Shown: in pieces, positions 36,841 through 47,098 of the stretch
How positions within the stretch are numbered: the stretch's first letter is position 1
Layout of the letters: every line of letters begins with the position of its first letter
Assembly (NCBI GenBank): GCA_964471155.1
Contig: CAYYFX010000002.1
Location: 9,852-73,851 of the forward strand
Direction: 5' to 3'
From: an uncultured Gemmatimonadota bacterium
GTDB taxonomy: Bacteria > ARS69
DNA length: 64,000 nucleotides
The notes under the pieces: generated by a model
Databases searched by the model: none
Seen by the model: only the letters and a program-made list of their open reading frames with translations
Told to the model about the DNA's origin: nothing
Position numbers and translations under genes: made by a program

Positions 36841-37299
36841 ATGGACGTCCATCCGTCGTTCGAGGAGATGGTGCTGCGGTTGGCCCTGGCCACGGTCTTC
36901 GGCGGGGTGCTCGGGCTCGAGCGCGAGTGGCGCAAGCGGCCGGCGGGGTTGCGCACGCACATGATGGTGTCGCTGGGATCGGCCGCGTTCACGCTCATCG
37001 GACTGGACCTGTTCGCGGTGGTCGGGCCGGCCGGGTCGAGCGCGGCACGCGTCGATCCCCTCCGCCTCGTGGAAGCCGTGGCCACCGGCATCGGGTTCCT
37101 CGGCGCCGGCAGCATCATCCGGCACAACGGCACGGTGGAGGGCCTCACGACCGCGGGCAGCCTGTGGCTCGCGGGCGCGATGGGGCTGTGCACGGGCGGG
37201 GGGCTGTACGGGCTCGCCGGCGTGACCGTCGTCCTCGCGTGGATCATTCTGGCCGCGCTCGGCCTTCTGGAGGCCCGCTTCGAGGAGCGACGCGGATAG
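36841..37299 (+). CDS. mgtC: MgtC/SapB family protein (152 aa)
   Basis: LRLALATVFGGVLGLEREWRKRPAGLRTHMMVSLGSAAF...ATGIGFLGAGSI is the MgtC family signature. Confidence 0.9.
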   Translation: MDVHPSFEEMVLRLALATVFGGVLGLEREWRKRPAGLRTHMMVSLGSAAFTLIGLDLFAVVGPAGSSAARVDPLRLVEAVATGIGFLGAGSIIRHNGTVEGLTTAGSLWLAGAMGLCTGGGLYGLAGVTVVLAWIILAALGLLEARFEERRG

Positions 37300-37418
37300 C
37301 CGGGCGATTCCCGCGTGACCCGCGGCCCGGCGGGACGGTACAGTGGCCGGGTCGCGGGTCGGCCCCCCGTCCTCCGCCCGGCCCCGTCCTTCGTGTCCGC
37401 TGCGAGGGAGGGATCTTC

Positions 37419-38333
37419 ATGCGCAGGCTTCCGCGCTCCGCAACGTTCCTGCTGTCGCTCGCGTGCGTCCCCGCGTCGCACGCGGATCTCGTGGTGGTCT
37501 CCGAGACTCGGCGCGCCGCCACCACCGCGTTCGCCTTCTCGGCCACCGACACCGACAACGAGGACCGGTTCGCGGTGGCGCCACCCGCGGCGCCGTTCGA
37601 CGTGTCCCTGTTCGCCGACGCGGCGCTTCCCGAGGGCGGCGCCACGGCCACCGCCACGCAGACCTCGTCCCTCGACGCGTCGTCGGTGCGCGCCGCGGGC
37701 AGCGTGACGGGCGACTCGCAGGTGCTGGTCGCCGGCGCCACGGCGTACGGCATCGCGCAATCCAACGTGGCGGTCCGGTTCACGCTGGCCGAACCCGCGG
37801 AGTTCGCCGTCACCGGCTTCCTGGATGCCGAGGGCGACGCGGTGCTGAACGTGGCCCTCTCCCGTCCGTTCGAGACGCTGGTGTGGGTGACCGCGCAGGA
37901 CGGCGACACCGCCCTGGACGAATCGGGCGTCCTGGAGGCCGGCGAGTACGACCTGAACGTGAGCTGCACGGCGAACGGCACGTCCTTCGCGGTGGACGAG
38001 ATCGGGCATGCCGCGGCGGAGTACGAGGTGCACCTCGTGCTCGGCGGCGCCACGGACGCGCCCGTCCTCGCGTCCGACGCGCCGGTGCGCGCCGCCCCGA
38101 ACCCGTTCCGCACGAGCACGCGGCTGACCGTGCCGGCCGGCACGAGCGGCCTGCGCATCCTCGATGCGCGCGGGCGGATCGTCCGCGCGCTGGACGTCGC
38201 CTCGACGACCCCGGTGTTCGACGGCCGCGACGCCGCGGGGCGCCCGCTCCCCGGGGGCGTGTACTGGGCGGCGCCCGTGGGCGCGGACGGCCTGCAGGCG
38301 CGCGAAGCGGTCCGGCTCGTGCGGCTCCGGTAG
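37419..38333 (+). CDS. secreted hypothetical protein with degenerate FlgD-Ig/T9SS-type CTD (304 aa)
   Basis: GAGGGAGGGA lies before the ATG at 37419. Signal peptide is MRRLPRSATFLLSLACVPASHA. The CTD is APNPF...GGVYW...VRLVRLR. Confidence 0.8.
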   Translation: MRRLPRSATFLLSLACVPASHADLVVVSETRRAATTAFAFSATDTDNEDRFAVAPPAAPFDVSLFADAALPEGGATATATQTSSLDASSVRAAGSVTGDSQVLVAGATAYGIAQSNVAVRFTLAEPAEFAVTGFLDAEGDAVLNVALSRPFETLVWVTAQDGDTALDESGVLEAGEYDLNVSCTANGTSFAVDEIGHAAAEYEVHLVLGGATDAPVLASDAPVRAAPNPFRTSTRLTVPAGTSGLRILDARGRIVRALDVASTTPVFDGRDAAGRPLPGGVYWAAPVGADGLQAREAVRLVRLR

Positions 38334-38464
38334 CCCGGCGCGGGCGCGGGGAACTTCGCGGGCGGCGGGGAGTAGAGGGAACGGACCCTCGGGCGCCCCG
38401 GTCTGCGGACCGGCCAGTCCACATCCTCTGGACCCGCGGAACGGACGGTGAGACCCTTTCCGGC

Positions 38465-39775
38465 ATGCCGACCCTTCGCCCGAGCCGCCGTAGCGGCCAC
38501 GCCATGCCCCGCCCCGCAGTCCTCCTCCTCCTTCCGCTTGTCCTGGCTGGCGCCGGGTTCGCCGGTTGCGGCCGGGGTTCCTCCGCCGAGGGCGGTGCCG
38601 GAGGCCGGACGCCGGCCGTCGAGGCCGTCCAGGCGCGCGAGGGCGCGCTGCCCCTCACGCAGCGCCTCAGCGGGGTGGTCCGGGCGCGCAACCAGGTCGG
38701 GATCTACCCGCAGATCACGGCCGTCGTCACCGATGTCCTGGTCCAGGACGGCGAGATCGTGCGCGCCGGACAAGCGCTGGTCCGGCTGCGGGACACGGAG
38801 TTCCGCGAGCGACTGAAGCAGGCGCAGGCCAACCACCGCATCGCCGCGGCGCAGTTGCGGAAGGCGGAGGCGCAGGCGAAGGAGGCGCGCGCGGATCTCG
38901 CGCGGATGCGGTCGCTGGCGGAGAACGACCTCGCGTCCGGGGCGGAGCTGGAGACGGTGGAGGCGCGGACCGAGGCCGCCGAGGCGGAGGTGGCGCTGGC
39001 GGAAGCGCGCGTGGAGCAGGCGCTGGCCGAGACGCAGGAGCAGGAGGAGAACCTCGCGCAGACCGTGGTGCGCGCGCCGGTGGCCGGCCATGTCGGCGGC
39101 CGCGACGCGGAGGTCGGCATGCTGGCCGGTCCGGGAGCGCGCCTGTTCACGGTGGGCAAGCTCGACAGCGTCCGCGTGCAGGTCGTGCTGACCGACCGGA
39201 TGCTCGCGTACATCGAGGAGGGACAGCGCGCCGAGGTCTCCGCGTCCGGCCTCACGACGTCGGCCACGCTGTCGCGGATCTCGCCCTTCCTGCATCCGGT
39301 CACGCACACCACCGAGGCCGAGATCGACCTGGCGAACCCGGAGACGGCGCTCAAGCCGGGGATGTTCGTGACCGTGGACGTGTTCCACGGCGAGAGCGAA
39401 CGGGCCACGCTCGTGCCGCTCGCCGCCGTGTACGAGTCCCCCGTCACCGGGCTGACCGGCGTGTGGGTGACGGACGCCTCCATCGAGCAGGAGCCCGTGG
39501 AGGTGGTGGACACGGCGGTCCCCGCGGCGTTCACCGAACCGCTCGCGTTCGCGTTCGTGCCCACCGAGGTCGTGGCGCAGGGCCACATGGAGGCGGCCGT
39601 GCGCGGCATCGCCCCCGGCGCGTGGGTGGTCACCCTGGGTCAGGACCTGCTCGAGGGCGAGAAGGCGCAGGCGCGCGTCCGCCCCGTGAAGTGGACCCGG
39701 GTGGAGCGGCTGCAGCAGCTCCAGCGCGAGGACATGATGGACGAGGTCCTCGCGCGGAAGGCGCCGCTGCCGTGA
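38465..39775 (+). CDS. efflux RND transporter periplasmic adaptor (MFP) subunit, probable lipoprotein (436 aa)
   Basis: Lipobox LVLAGAGFAGC, a coiled-coil hairpin, and a VRAPVAGHV lipoyl-like motif are present. An alternative start lies at 38504. Confidence 0.85.
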   Translation: MPTLRPSRRSGHAMPRPAVLLLLPLVLAGAGFAGCGRGSSAEGGAGGRTPAVEAVQAREGALPLTQRLSGVVRARNQVGIYPQITAVVTDVLVQDGEIVRAGQALVRLRDTEFRERLKQAQANHRIAAAQLRKAEAQAKEARADLARMRSLAENDLASGAELETVEARTEAAEAEVALAEARVEQALAETQEQEENLAQTVVRAPVAGHVGGRDAEVGMLAGPGARLFTVGKLDSVRVQVVLTDRMLAYIEEGQRAEVSASGLTTSATLSRISPFLHPVTHTTEAEIDLANPETALKPGMFVTVDVFHGESERATLVPLAAVYESPVTGLTGVWVTDASIEQEPVEVVDTAVPAAFTEPLAFAFVPTEVVAQGHMEAAVRGIAPGAWVVTLGQDLLEGEKAQARVRPVKWTRVERLQQLQREDMMDEVLARKAPLP

Positions 39776-42700
39776 GGATCACCGAGGTCGCGGTCCACCG
39801 CCCCATCGCCACCTCGATGGTGTTCCTCATCATCATCGTGGTTGGCATCATGGGGCTCCGCTTCCTCCCCGTGGACCTCCTCCCCGCCATCGAGTACCCG
39901 CAGCTCACGATCCGCACCGAGTACCCGAACGTGGGCCCGGAGGAGATCGAGCGGATCATCACGGACCGCGTGGAGAACGCGCTGTCCGGCGTGCCGAACG
40001 TGGAGGAGATGCGCTCCCAGTCCGAGGAGGGGCGGAGCTCGGTGACCCTGGAGTTCTCCCAGGGCACGAACATCGACGAGGCCGCGAACGACGTGCGCGC
40101 CGCGATCGACCGGATCCGCGACAGCTTCCCGCCCGAGGTGGAGTCGCCGCGCCTGTGGAAGTTCGACCCGGACAACTTCCCGGTGGTGATCCTGGGGGCG
40201 CGCTCCGACAAGGGCATGGAGGAGCTGACCCTGCTCCTCGAGCGGGAGATCGCGCAGCACTTCGAGCAGATCCCGGGCGCCGGATCCGTGGACGTCTGGG
40301 GCGGCGTGTACCGGGAGGTGCAGGTGCGGCTGAAGCGGGACCGCCTCGCCTCCAGCGGCCTGGCCGCCTCCGACGTGCGCGAGGCCCTGGAGCGCGAGAA
40401 CACCACGCTCCCGGGCGGCGACATGCGCGAGGGCACGCGCGACCTCTACGTCCGCACGCGCGGGGAGTACGTGTCCCTGGCCGAGATCGCGGAGACCATC
40501 ATCACCACGGTGGACGGGCGGCCCATCCGCGTCCGCGACGTGGCCGAGGTGGTGGACGGCTACGAGGACGTGGACCGCCTGGTGCAGATCGACGGCCGCC
40601 CCATGGTGCGCCTCGGGATCCGGAAGCAGTCGGGCGCGAACACCGTGGCCGTGGCCGAGGAGGCGCGCGCGGTGATGGAGCGCATCAACCGCGACCGCGA
40701 CGACCTCGAGCTGATGATGGTCATCGACCAGAGCGACTTCATCAGGAACTCCATCCGCAACGTGCAGTCGTCCGCGATCTGGGGCGGCATCCTCGCCGTC
40801 CTCGTGCTGTACGTCTTCCTGCGGAACGGATCCACCACGTTCATCATCGCGCTGGCCATCCCGATCTCGCTCATCGCCACGTTCGGGCTGCTGTTCTTCA
40901 ACGGCCTGACCCTGAACCAGATGAGCTTCGGCGGCCTCGCGCTCGGGGTGGGCATGATCGTGGACAACGCCATCGTGGTGCTGGACAACATCGTCCGGCT
41001 GCGCGAGGGCAAACGCCCGCTCCAGGAGAGCGCCCTGACCGGGACGAAGCAGGTGGGCGGCGCCATCGTGGCGTCCACCCTGACCACGTGCGTGATCTTC
41101 CTCCCCGTCGTCTTCATGCGCACGGTCTCCGGCATGCTGTTCCGGGAGCTGGCGCTCGTGATCGTGTTCGCGCTCCTCTGCTCCCTGCTCGCGGCGCTGA
41201 CGCTCGTGCCGATGCTGGCCAGCCGGTACCTCACGGTGGGCCGGGAGGGGCACTCGCGCGCCCGGCCGCTGCTGGACCGCCTGGGCGCGTGGTTCACGCG
41301 CGTGGAGGATCGGTACGAGGCCCTCCTGCAGCGCCTCCTGCACCACCGCGCGATGGTGCTCGCGGGGGCCGGAGTGATGCTGCTGGCGGCGTTCCTGATG
41401 TGGCCGCTCCTGCCGGTGGAGCTGGCGCCGCAGACGGACGCGGACGAGATCGACGTGGACCTCGAGATGGCGCAGGGCACGAGCATCGCGGTGGTGAACG
41501 AGTACCTGCACGAGCTGGAGGCGCTCGTGCGGGAGGCCGCCCCGATGGACGAGGTGAAGCACCTCACCATCGAGATCCGCGGCGGCGACGCGGAGGTGGA
41601 GCTGGCCCTGCACGACGCGGACGAGCGCTCCATGGACAGCTACGACATCGCGGACCGGATCCGCAGCCACGTGGCCGGGCGGATCCCCGGCGCGGAGCTG
41701 CGGGTGCAGGCGCAGTCCGGGCTGTGGATGCTGCGGCGGCTGTTCGGGACCGGCGAGGGCGCCATGCAGCTGGAACTGCGCGGCTACGACCTGGCCAAGG
41801 CCGACGCGGTGGCGCTGGACCTGAAGCGGATCATGGAGAGCGTGCCGGGCATCGAGGACGTGCGGGTGAGCCGGCGCGAGGGCCGGCCGGAACAGAACCT
41901 GATCGTGGACCGCGAGAAGATCGCGAACGTGGGTCTCTCCGTGCAGGACATCGCGGAGGTGATCCAGACGAACGTGGGCGGCAGCCGCGCCGGCGTGTTC
42001 CGCGAGGGCGGCGACGAGTTCCCCATCGTGGTCCGTTTGCAGCCGGACGACCGGCTCACCACGCTGGACCTCGGCAGCGTATCGGTGCGCACCGACCGGG
42101 GCACGATCCTGCCGGTGTCGGCGGTGGTGCACACGGAGCGGCGGCGCAGCCCGACGTCCATCGACCGGGTGGACGGCCAGCGCGTGACCTACCTCACGGC
42201 GAACCTGCAGAGCGGCGTGGCGCTGGGCGACGTGATGGAGGAGCTGCGCGCGCGGCTGGCCGGGTTCACCCTGCCGCCGGACATCACGCTCCTGTTCGGC
42301 GGGGAGTACGAGGAGCAGCAGAAGGCGCAGCGGGACTTCGTGCTGTCCATCGTGATGGCCGTGGTGCTGATCTACATGGTCATGGCCGCGCAGTTCGAGC
42401 GGTTCGTGGACCCCCTCATCGTCATGGTCACCGTGCCGCTGGCGATCGTGGGCGTGGTGCCCACGCTGCTGCTCACCGGGACGACGCTGAACGTGCAGAG
42501 CCTCATGGGGATCGTGATGCTGGTGGGCATCGTGGTGAACAACGCCATCGTGCTGGTGGACTACATCAACCTCATGCGGCGCGAGCGGGGCCTGGACGTG
42601 GCCGCGGCCGTGGTCCGGTCGGGCCGCATGCGCCTGCGCCCCATCCTGATGACCACGTGCACCACGGTGCTCGGCATGCTGCCCCTGGCCGTGGGCGGCG

Positions 42701-42864
42701 GCGCCGGCGGCGAGATCCAGGCGTCGCTGGCCCGCGCCGTGATCGGCGGGCTGAGCGTGTCCACGCTGATCACGCTGGTCGTGATCCCGTCCGTGTACAC
42801 CGGCGTGCACGACCTGGGCGAGGCCATCCGCGCCCGGCGCGCGCGCCCCGCCCCGGCCGCCTAG
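39772..42864 (+). CDS. efflux RND transporter permease subunit (AcrB-like) (1030 aa)
   Basis: The N-terminus is RITEVAVHRPIATSMVFLIIIVVGIMGLRFLPVDLLP. It has 12-TM RND architecture. The GTG start overlaps the MFP stop (GTGA). Confidence 0.9.
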   Translation: MRITEVAVHRPIATSMVFLIIIVVGIMGLRFLPVDLLPAIEYPQLTIRTEYPNVGPEEIERIITDRVENALSGVPNVEEMRSQSEEGRSSVTLEFSQGTNIDEAANDVRAAIDRIRDSFPPEVESPRLWKFDPDNFPVVILGARSDKGMEELTLLLEREIAQHFEQIPGAGSVDVWGGVYREVQVRLKRDRLASSGLAASDVREALERENTTLPGGDMREGTRDLYVRTRGEYVSLAEIAETIITTVDGRPIRVRDVAEVVDGYEDVDRLVQIDGRPMVRLGIRKQSGANTVAVAEEARAVMERINRDRDDLELMMVIDQSDFIRNSIRNVQSSAIWGGILAVLVLYVFLRNGSTTFIIALAIPISLIATFGLLFFNGLTLNQMSFGGLALGVGMIVDNAIVVLDNIVRLREGKRPLQESALTGTKQVGGAIVASTLTTCVIFLPVVFMRTVSGMLFRELALVIVFALLCSLLAALTLVPMLASRYLTVGREGHSRARPLLDRLGAWFTRVEDRYEALLQRLLHHRAMVLAGAGVMLLAAFLMWPLLPVELAPQTDADEIDVDLEMAQGTSIAVVNEYLHELEALVREAAPMDEVKHLTIEIRGGDAEVELALHDADERSMDSYDIADRIRSHVAGRIPGAELRVQAQSGLWMLRRLFGTGEGAMQLELRGYDLAKADAVALDLKRIMESVPGIEDVRVSRREGRPEQNLIVDREKIANVGLSVQDIAEVIQTNVGGSRAGVFREGGDEFPIVVRLQPDDRLTTLDLGSVSVRTDRGTILPVSAVVHTERRRSPTSIDRVDGQRVTYLTANLQSGVALGDVMEELRARLAGFTLPPDITLLFGGEYEEQQKAQRDFVLSIVMAVVLIYMVMAAQFERFVDPLIVMVTVPLAIVGVVPTLLLTGTTLNVQSLMGIVMLVGIVVNNAIVLVDYINLMRRERGLDVAAAVVRSGRMRLRPILMTTCTTVLGMLPLAVGGGAGGEIQASLARAVIGGLSVSTLITLVVIPSVYTGVHDLGEAIRARRARPAPAA

Positions 42865-42872
42865 CTCGCCGC

Positions 42873-42893
42873 GCGCCCGGTTTCCCCCGGCGC
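42873..42893. terminator. short bulged hairpin in the 29-bp gap between the two convergent RND permease genes
   Basis: GCGCC(C)GG - TTTCCC - CCGGCGC gives 7 bp with one bulge. Confidence 0.25.
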
Positions 42894-45800
42894 CTACCGC
42901 CCCGCGGCTCCGGCGAGCGCGGGCTCCGTCGCCTCCGACACCGCAACCCGGGACTTCGCCACCAGCATGTAGATGGACGGGACGATCAGCAGGGTGAACG
43001 CGGTACCGATGATCATGCCCGACACCAGCATGATGCCGATGCTGTTCCTCGCCCCGGCGCCCGGCCCCGATGCGAACACGAGCGGCAGGTGGCCGAACAC
43101 CGTGGCGGCCGTGGTCATGAGGATCGGGCGAAGCCGCGTGCCCGACGCCTCGATCACGGCCTCCAGCTTGCCCATGCCGGTCTCCTGCAGGTGGTTCGCG
43201 AACTCCACGATCAGGATGCCGTTCTTCGCCACCAGTCCCACCAGGGTGATGAGCCCGACCTGGCTGTAGATGTTCAGCGTGGTGAAGCCCAGGAACGAGA
43301 ACATCAGCGCCCCGCAGATCGCCAGCGGGGCCGAGCCCGCGAGGATCACGAACGGGTCCCGGAAGCTCTCGAACTGCGCGGAGAGCACGAGGAAGATCAG
43401 CACCGCCGACAGGAGGAAGATGCCGAGGAACCGGCTCCCCTCCGTCCGGAGCTGCCGGGACTCCCCGGCGTAGTCCACCGTGAATCCCGGCGGCAGGATC
43501 CTCGCGGCCTCGTCCTCCAGGAACGTGAGCGCCTGGTCCAGCGACACGTTCGGCGGCACCACGCCCTGGATCCGCACCGCGTTGAGCTGCTGGAACCGCT
43601 TCAGCTCCCGCGGTTCCGTGGACGTCTCCAGCGTCGCGAACGTGGCCAGCGGCACCAGCCGCCCGTCCGTCCCGGTCACGTAGATGTCCTGCAGCTGGTC
43701 CGGCGTGAGGCGCTCGCTCCGCTTGACCTGCGGGATCACCTTGTAGCTCCGGCCCTGGATGCTGAACCGGTTCACGTGGTTCCCGCCCAGCAGCGTGGAC
43801 AGATCGCGGCCCGCCCGGCTCATCTCGACGCCCTGCGAACGGACCTTGTCGCGGTTGAACACCACCTCGGCCTGGGGCTGGTCCAGCTTCACGTCCGCGT
43901 CCGCGAACATGAACAGCCCGGACTCGAAGGCCCTCCCCACCAGCCGGTTCGCCAGGTCCACCAGCTCCCGCGGCTCCGCCGTGGACGCGATCACGAAGTC
44001 CACCGGGAAGTCGCCCCCGCCCGGCAGCGCGGGCGGGATCAGCGAGATCACGCGGATGCCGGGGATCCCCGCCAGCCCGGCGGAGGCCTCCATCTGGAGC
44101 TGTTCGGAGGTCTTCTCCCGCTCGCTCCACGGCTTCGTGACCATGCCGCCGAAGCCGCCGGTGGCGGACATGAGCTGGAACGTGTTCTGGTACTCGGGGA
44201 AGCCGCGGTACACCTCCTCCACCTGCGCCGCGTAGAGCTTCGTCTGGTCCAGGGTGGAGTTCGCCGCCGCCTGCACGATGCCGAAGACCACGCTCTGGTC
44301 CTCGTTCGGCGCCAGCTCCCGCTGCGAGAACATGTAGAACGGCACGATGAGCAGCATGACCGCGCCCCAGACGACGTAGACCACCGGCCGGTACCGGAGC
44401 GTCCCCGCGAGCTGCCGCTTGTAGGTCTCGCGGATGCGCGCGAACTGCCGGTTCACCCAGCCGGCGAAGCCGCGCTCGGCGTCCCCGGCGCGCAGCAGCC
44501 TCGACCCCATCATGGGCGACAGCGTGAGCGCCACCACGCCGGACACGAGCACCGCGCCCGCCAGCGTGAACGCGAACTCCCGGAACAGGGACCCGGTCAG
44601 CCCGCCCTGGATCGCCACCGGCGTGTACACGGCCACCAGCGTGACCGTCATGGCCACGATGGGACCGATCAGCTCCCGCGCCCCCTCGATGGCCGCCTGC
44701 AGCGGCGGCTGTCCGGCCTGCAGGTGCCGCTCCACGTTCTCCACCATGACGATGGCGTCGTCCACGACCAGACCCACCGCCAGCACGATGGCGAGCAGCG
44801 TGAGGAGGTTGACGGTGAATCCGGCCAGGAGCATCACGAACACCGCGCCGATCAGCGAGATCGGGATGGCCACCACCGGGATGAGCACCGCCCGCACCGA
44901 GCCCATGAACAGGAAGATCACCAGGATCACGATGGCCAGCGTCTCGGCGAGCGTGTGCAGCACCTCGTGGATGGCGCTGTCGATGTACTCGGTGGAATCG
45001 TACGGGATGCCCGAGGTCATGCCGGCGGGGAGCTGCGCCTGGATGGCGGGCAGGGCCTCGCGGACCCGCGCGATCACCTCGAGCGAGTTCGCGGTCGGCA
45101 GCACCCATACGCCCATGAACGTGGCGCCCTGGCCGTTGAACCGCACGTCCTGCTCGTAGTTGTCCGCGCCGAGCGCCACGTCGGCGATCTCGCCGAGCCG
45201 CACCACCGTCCCGTCGTCCTCCTTGACGACGAGCTGCCGGAACTCCTCCGGCGTCCGCAGGTCCGTGTTCGCCACCAGGTTCACCGACACCATGGAGCCC
45301 TTGGTACGCCCCAGCGCCGACAGGTAGTTGTTGTCGGCCAGGGCCTCGCGCACGTCGGACGCGGAGATCCCCATGGCCGCCATCCGGTCCGGCTTCAGCC
45401 AGATGCGCATCGCGAACGTGCGCCCGCCCAGGATGTCCGCGCGCTGCACCCCCTCGATCGCGCTCAGCTTCGGCTGCACCACGCGCGTCAGGTAGTCGGT
45501 GATCTGGTTCTGGTCCAGCTCGTCGGACGCGAACCCGATGTACATGGCCGCGAACCGGTTGTCGGCGGTCTCGAGGTTGATGATCGGCGCCTCGGCCTCC
45601 GGCGGCAGCTCGTTGCGGACCTGCGCCACCTTGGACTGGATCTGCGTGAGCGCGGCGTTCGTGTCGTAGTTCAGCTTCAGGTGGACCGTGATGGTGCTGA
45701 GCCCCTGCGCGCTGGACGACTCCATGTAGTCGATGCCGTCCGCGCTCGCGATCACTCGCTCCAGCGGCGTGGTGATGAATCCGCGCACGAGGTCCGCGCC

Positions 45801-45962
45801 CGCCCCCACGTACGCGGTGCTCACCGTCACCACGGCCATGTCGCTGCGGGGGTACTGCCGCACGCTCAGGGCGCGGATGGACTGCAGCCCGGCGATCAGG
45901 ATCACCAGGTTCACCACCATCGCGAGGACGGGGCGCTTGACGAAGACGTCGGTGAACTTCAT
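42894..45962 (-). CDS. multidrug-type efflux RND transporter permease subunit (1022 aa)
   Basis: The N-terminus is MKFTDVFVKRPVLAMVVNLVILIAGLQSIRALSVRQYP. GGAGGA lies upstream. The ATG shares its A with the MFP stop (TGATG). Confidence 0.92.
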   Translation of the reverse strand: MKFTDVFVKRPVLAMVVNLVILIAGLQSIRALSVRQYPRSDMAVVTVSTAYVGAGADLVRGFITTPLERVIASADGIDYMESSSAQGLSTITVHLKLNYDTNAALTQIQSKVAQVRNELPPEAEAPIINLETADNRFAAMYIGFASDELDQNQITDYLTRVVQPKLSAIEGVQRADILGGRTFAMRIWLKPDRMAAMGISASDVREALADNNYLSALGRTKGSMVSVNLVANTDLRTPEEFRQLVVKEDDGTVVRLGEIADVALGADNYEQDVRFNGQGATFMGVWVLPTANSLEVIARVREALPAIQAQLPAGMTSGIPYDSTEYIDSAIHEVLHTLAETLAIVILVIFLFMGSVRAVLIPVVAIPISLIGAVFVMLLAGFTVNLLTLLAIVLAVGLVVDDAIVMVENVERHLQAGQPPLQAAIEGARELIGPIVAMTVTLVAVYTPVAIQGGLTGSLFREFAFTLAGAVLVSGVVALTLSPMMGSRLLRAGDAERGFAGWVNRQFARIRETYKRQLAGTLRYRPVVYVVWGAVMLLIVPFYMFSQRELAPNEDQSVVFGIVQAAANSTLDQTKLYAAQVEEVYRGFPEYQNTFQLMSATGGFGGMVTKPWSEREKTSEQLQMEASAGLAGIPGIRVISLIPPALPGGGDFPVDFVIASTAEPRELVDLANRLVGRAFESGLFMFADADVKLDQPQAEVVFNRDKVRSQGVEMSRAGRDLSTLLGGNHVNRFSIQGRSYKVIPQVKRSERLTPDQLQDIYVTGTDGRLVPLATFATLETSTEPRELKRFQQLNAVRIQGVVPPNVSLDQALTFLEDEAARILPPGFTVDYAGESRQLRTEGSRFLGIFLLSAVLIFLVLSAQFESFRDPFVILAGSAPLAICGALMFSFLGFTTLNIYSQVGLITLVGLVAKNGILIVEFANHLQETGMGKLEAVIEASGTRLRPILMTTAATVFGHLPLVFASGPGAGARNSIGIMLVSGMIIGTAFTLLIVPSIYMLVAKSRVAVSEATEPALAGAAGR

Positions 45963-47086
45963 CAGCTGTCCTCCGGATCCGGCGCGGGATCGTTCGCCGG
46001 CTGGATCGTGTTGTCGACAAGGACGGCGGCGCCGTTCCGGAGCTTGAACACGCCGGAGGTCACGACCTCCTCGCCGGGCTCCACCCCGGACAGCACCGCG
46101 ATCTGGTCGCCGCGGCCGCCGCCCACCTTCACGAAGCGCTGCTCCACGCCGCGGTACGTCGCGCCGTCCGGGTCGGACAGGTCGGCCACGACGAACACGG
46201 AGTTGCCGTACGGGGCGTAGCTGATCGACGGGGCCGGCAGCGCGATCACGGGATCGCTCGTGCCCAGGGCCACACGGACCTCCACGAACATGCCCGGGTG
46301 CAGCCGGCCGTCCGGGTTGCGGAACGTCGCCTGGATGCGCACGTTCCGCGTGGCCTCGTCCACGACGGAGTTCACCGCGGTCACGCGCCCGGTCAGCTCC
46401 CCGCCGGTTCCGTCGGGCGTGACGTGCACGTCGGCCCCGACCGACAGCCTCGCCACCTCCTGCTGCGGCACCGAGAAGTCCACGTACACCGGATCCAGGG
46501 CCTGCAGCGGCACCACCGGATCGCCGGCGGTCAGGTACTGCCCGAGGTTGATCTGGCGGATCCCGAGCGTCCCGGCGAACGGCGCGCGGATCTGCTTCCG
46601 CTCGATCGTCGCCTGGATCTCCCCCGAACGCGCGATCGCCTGCTTCGCCTCCGCCGCCGCCCGGTCGAACTCCGCCTGCGACACGACCTTCTTCTCCCGC
46701 AGGTTCCGCATGCGCTCGAGGTTCAGTCGGGCCAGCTCCTGTTGCGCCTCGGCGGCCGCGAGCTGCGCGCGCTCCTGGCTGGTGTCCAGCCGCGCGAGCA
46801 CGTCGCCCGCCCGGACGTGCCGGCCGGACTCGAACGCGATCTCCTCCACGATGCCCGGCAGGTCCGCGCTGACGGTCACGCCGTGCACTGCCGCCACCGT
46901 CCCGATGACCTCGAGCGTGGCGGGCCACTCCTCGCGCTGCGCCACGATGGTCGTGACCGCCTCCGGGGGCATCCGGAACGCCGCGCCCTGCGCGATCGCC
47001 TCGCGGATCTGCAGGAACTTCACCGAGCCGAGCAGCGTGATGGCCGCCACGAGGATCAGGACCACCACCGTCATGCGCTTTGCCAT
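45962..47086 (-). CDS. efflux RND transporter periplasmic adaptor (MFP) subunit (374 aa)
   Basis: It has an N-terminal TM anchor, a coiled-coil, and an IRAPFAGTLG motif. GGAGG lies 8 nt before the ATG, immediately after the TolC-like stop. Confidence 0.9.
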   Translation of the reverse strand: MAKRMTVVVLILVAAITLLGSVKFLQIREAIAQGAAFRMPPEAVTTIVAQREEWPATLEVIGTVAAVHGVTVSADLPGIVEEIAFESGRHVRAGDVLARLDTSQERAQLAAAEAQQELARLNLERMRNLREKKVVSQAEFDRAAAEAKQAIARSGEIQATIERKQIRAPFAGTLGIRQINLGQYLTAGDPVVPLQALDPVYVDFSVPQQEVARLSVGADVHVTPDGTGGELTGRVTAVNSVVDEATRNVRIQATFRNPDGRLHPGMFVEVRVALGTSDPVIALPAPSISYAPYGNSVFVVADLSDPDGATYRGVEQRFVKVGGGRGDQIAVLSGVEPGEEVVTSGVFKLRNGAAVLVDNTIQPANDPAPDPEDS

Positions 47087-47098
47087 GGCCGTTGCCTC

